Shown here: in pieces, positions 61,985-64,000 of the stretch
Layout: every line of letters begins with the position of its first letter
Numbering within the stretch: the first letter of the stretch is position 1
Assembly (NCBI GenBank): GCA_001179505.1
Contig: CDMY01000520.1
Location: 186,001-250,000 of the forward strand
Source of the DNA: Vitrella brassicaformis CCMP3155
Lineage: Eukaryota > Protista > Chromerida
Direction: 5' to 3'
DNA: 64,000 bases
Translations under genes and position numbers: made by a program
Notes under the pieces: generated by a model
What the model was told of the DNA's origin: nothing
Databases searched by the model: none
What the model saw: the letters and a program-made list of their open reading frames with translations, nothing else

Positions 61985-63769
61985 CTACTTGGTGATGAAG
62001 GTGGCGACCAAATGGAGGTACAGTTGTTTCTCCGAGTGTAACCGTATTCTCTTTTTCCGCAGATCAGTCGGCTTGTGGTAACTGAACACGCAACACACAC
62101 AAGGAGAGAGAGAGAGAGGAGCAGTGGCATCTCATTCTCTTCGTTGACGCATACATTTCCAGCACAATCTCTTCGTCCCGTCTCAGCTCGTTGATCTCCA
62201 TCAGCGACCAACACCTGCAGAGTCACCCACATACATATACACACAGAGAGCAAGGAAGGAAGACATGATGTCCGATTGCCCCGACCCTGCTGGCCGAACA
62301 GCCATCGGCTGACAGGCATAATGCAACCAACAGGTTCTGTGTTGCACAACGTGGGAACACTCTCACTGCGCCGAGAACAGTCAGCTAAGTGCGTTGGATG
62401 GTTGTGCAATCACGCGCAGACACGTATGGCATCGATCGGCACACATACCTACCTGGTGGAGACTTTGTGTTTCTTCGGCTTGTAGTGTTTGAACTCGAAA
62501 AAGATAGAACAGTCTGCACATGGACGGACAAGACCCCACACACGAAAGTGCGCAGGTTGCTGCGCGCATTGTGTGTGCAAGTGGATGCGATGCGTGGCGC
62601 ACCTTTTCTCTGCATGTCTTCGAGAGAAAGGCCCAGGTAGACAGTGCACCCAAACACCACATAGTCGTCCGTCCTGCAATGCAATGGCATTGGACGAATG
62701 GCAGCAAACACATAGATATTCAGCAATGATTCGGGCAGACCTGCATGCTCTGCGCACCTCTCTGTGGCCACTGGCGTATCGTGACTCGACAGAACAATCT
62801 GATTCTTGTTCTCTGTTGCCAACAAAAAACAGCCAGGAAAGACTTCACGTCCAAAGACTTCACATCCAATTTCCCCCAACACGCCGACACACGTCAGTCA
62901 CGTCATTGGTGCACCGACTGACCTGCGATGAGTACGGTCATGAATGGGTTGATGTACGTCTGTGCGTCCTTGAGGCCTATCTTGTCAATCTTGATAGCCA
63001 CGAGGGTGCCCTGCACCTTCTGCAGCGCCTGAGATACGTGCTGGAAGTCGGAATACGGCTCGTCCGTGTCACCACATATGATCTCACCGCTGACACAGAC
63101 AGCAGCAAGGCGAACAGAGAGTGCTGCGGGACGGTGTGTGGACTGCGCGTGTTGCTTACGCCGTACTGGGCCGCACAGGCTGCACATTGGCATACTTGTG
63201 TGGCTCGACAGAGAAAGGCGCCTTGTCGCTGCTGAACAGCGTCTCGAACACTGCAGCCGAGACGACAAGTGAGTTTAGTGAGGCACCATACCCATGCATT
63301 CATAGAGCTCTGAGCTTGTGGCCAGCCTGGTACCTGGAATGAGCGCCTTCATGTCCTGCAGGCTGACAATTTCTCTCATGGTTCTCAGCGACTGCGCCCT
63401 CGCACTCAAACACAGGATCAGCCGATGCATCAAATCCTGCAGCAGCCAGCCATTCAGCGAGAGACAGGCCCACACACGGGCGCGTACATGCTTTGCAAGC
63501 GCCGCACCGACCTGCTTCTCTTTGTCAGTCACCTGTTCCTCTGAAGTCAGATAGATGCGTCCCTGCTTGGCCGCCATGACGCTCGCCAGGCTGCAGACAG
63601 ACAGACAGACAGGCAAACATGCTGATGTGATAAAAACCCAGATACTCACTCACTCAGTGTATCCCTCCTGTGCTTCGAGGAGCTGCCCCCATGAGTCCTC
63701 CTGCACCCGCTGCCGAAACTTCTCCGCCCACTCGCGGCCGATGTAGCCCTTCTCGGTCGACACAGACAT
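61985..63769 (-). CDS. AIDA: Axin interactor, dorsalization-associated protein (AIDA; N-terminal helical + AIDA-C2 domain)
   Basis: EDSWGQLLEAQEGY, IKIDKIGLKDAQTYINPFMTV, IFFEFKHYKPKKHKVST, KPTDLRKKRIRLHSEKQLYLHL*; all match motifs of AIDA. Start codon approximate. Confidence 0.92.
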
Positions 63770-64000
63770 CACACTCACATGCAGCGCTGCTTGACAAAGA
63801 TTGACACAAGGGGTGCGGCTGCCGAGGTGTAGTTGCGCTGGTCAGTTCAGGCTCTGCTGCGGGTGTTGCTTGCCCGCCATTTGTGTCGCATCACCGAAAG
63901 GCATTCGACCTGCAAAGGACAGAACAGGAGACGGAAGTGACCAACATGAGTGAATGAAGGGTTCTTCTTCGTCACGACACGCACCTGTCATTCTGTCATT

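Noticed and set aside
1-64000. Most ORFs of 60-250 aa in the six-frame track containing HTHTHT, VCVCVC, DRQTDR or MDGWMDG runs
   Set aside because: These are translations of intronic (CA)n, (TG)n, (GACA)n and (GGAT)n microsatellites or antisense shadows of GC-rich exons, not proteins.

Overview
Eukaryotic nuclear DNA: gene-dense, GC-rich and very intron-rich, with short GT-AG introns full of (TG)n, (TGTC)n, (GGAT)n and (GA)n microsatellites. The style and gene content fit a chromerid alveolate such as Vitrella brassicaformis (inference, not a database result). About 24 spliced genes were reconstructed by hand. Recognisable ones are an adenosine deaminase-like protein, ATG4, a Rad5-type HIRAN-SNF2 helicase, casein kinase 1, an NAA38-like LSm protein, MED18, a triple-CCCH protein, syntaxin-1, an acid lipase, a severin/fragmin-type gelsolin, a PET100-like small membrane protein, a class I/II aminotransferase, a Cys-less thioredoxin-fold protein, RIIAD1, a tandem-GAF protein and AIDA; the rest are hypotheticals. 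Most ORFs in the supplied six-frame track are intron read-through or antisense shadows. The most unusual element is a 207-aa secreted protein (7751-8703, minus) carrying eight GYGGxH cores in exon-encoded modules, which looks like a multi-core peptide precursor or a cross-linking/metal-binding wall protein. Also notable: the ADA homologue has Gln at the catalytic Glu position, the Rad5 homologue has no RING finger, about ten gene pairs sit head-to-head with start codons 43-391 nt apart, and three copies of an ankyrin-like 54-bp unit occur, two with an amber stop. No rRNA, tRNA, CRISPR or intact transposon was recognised. CDS coordinates are gene spans including introns; many internal splice sites are approximate.
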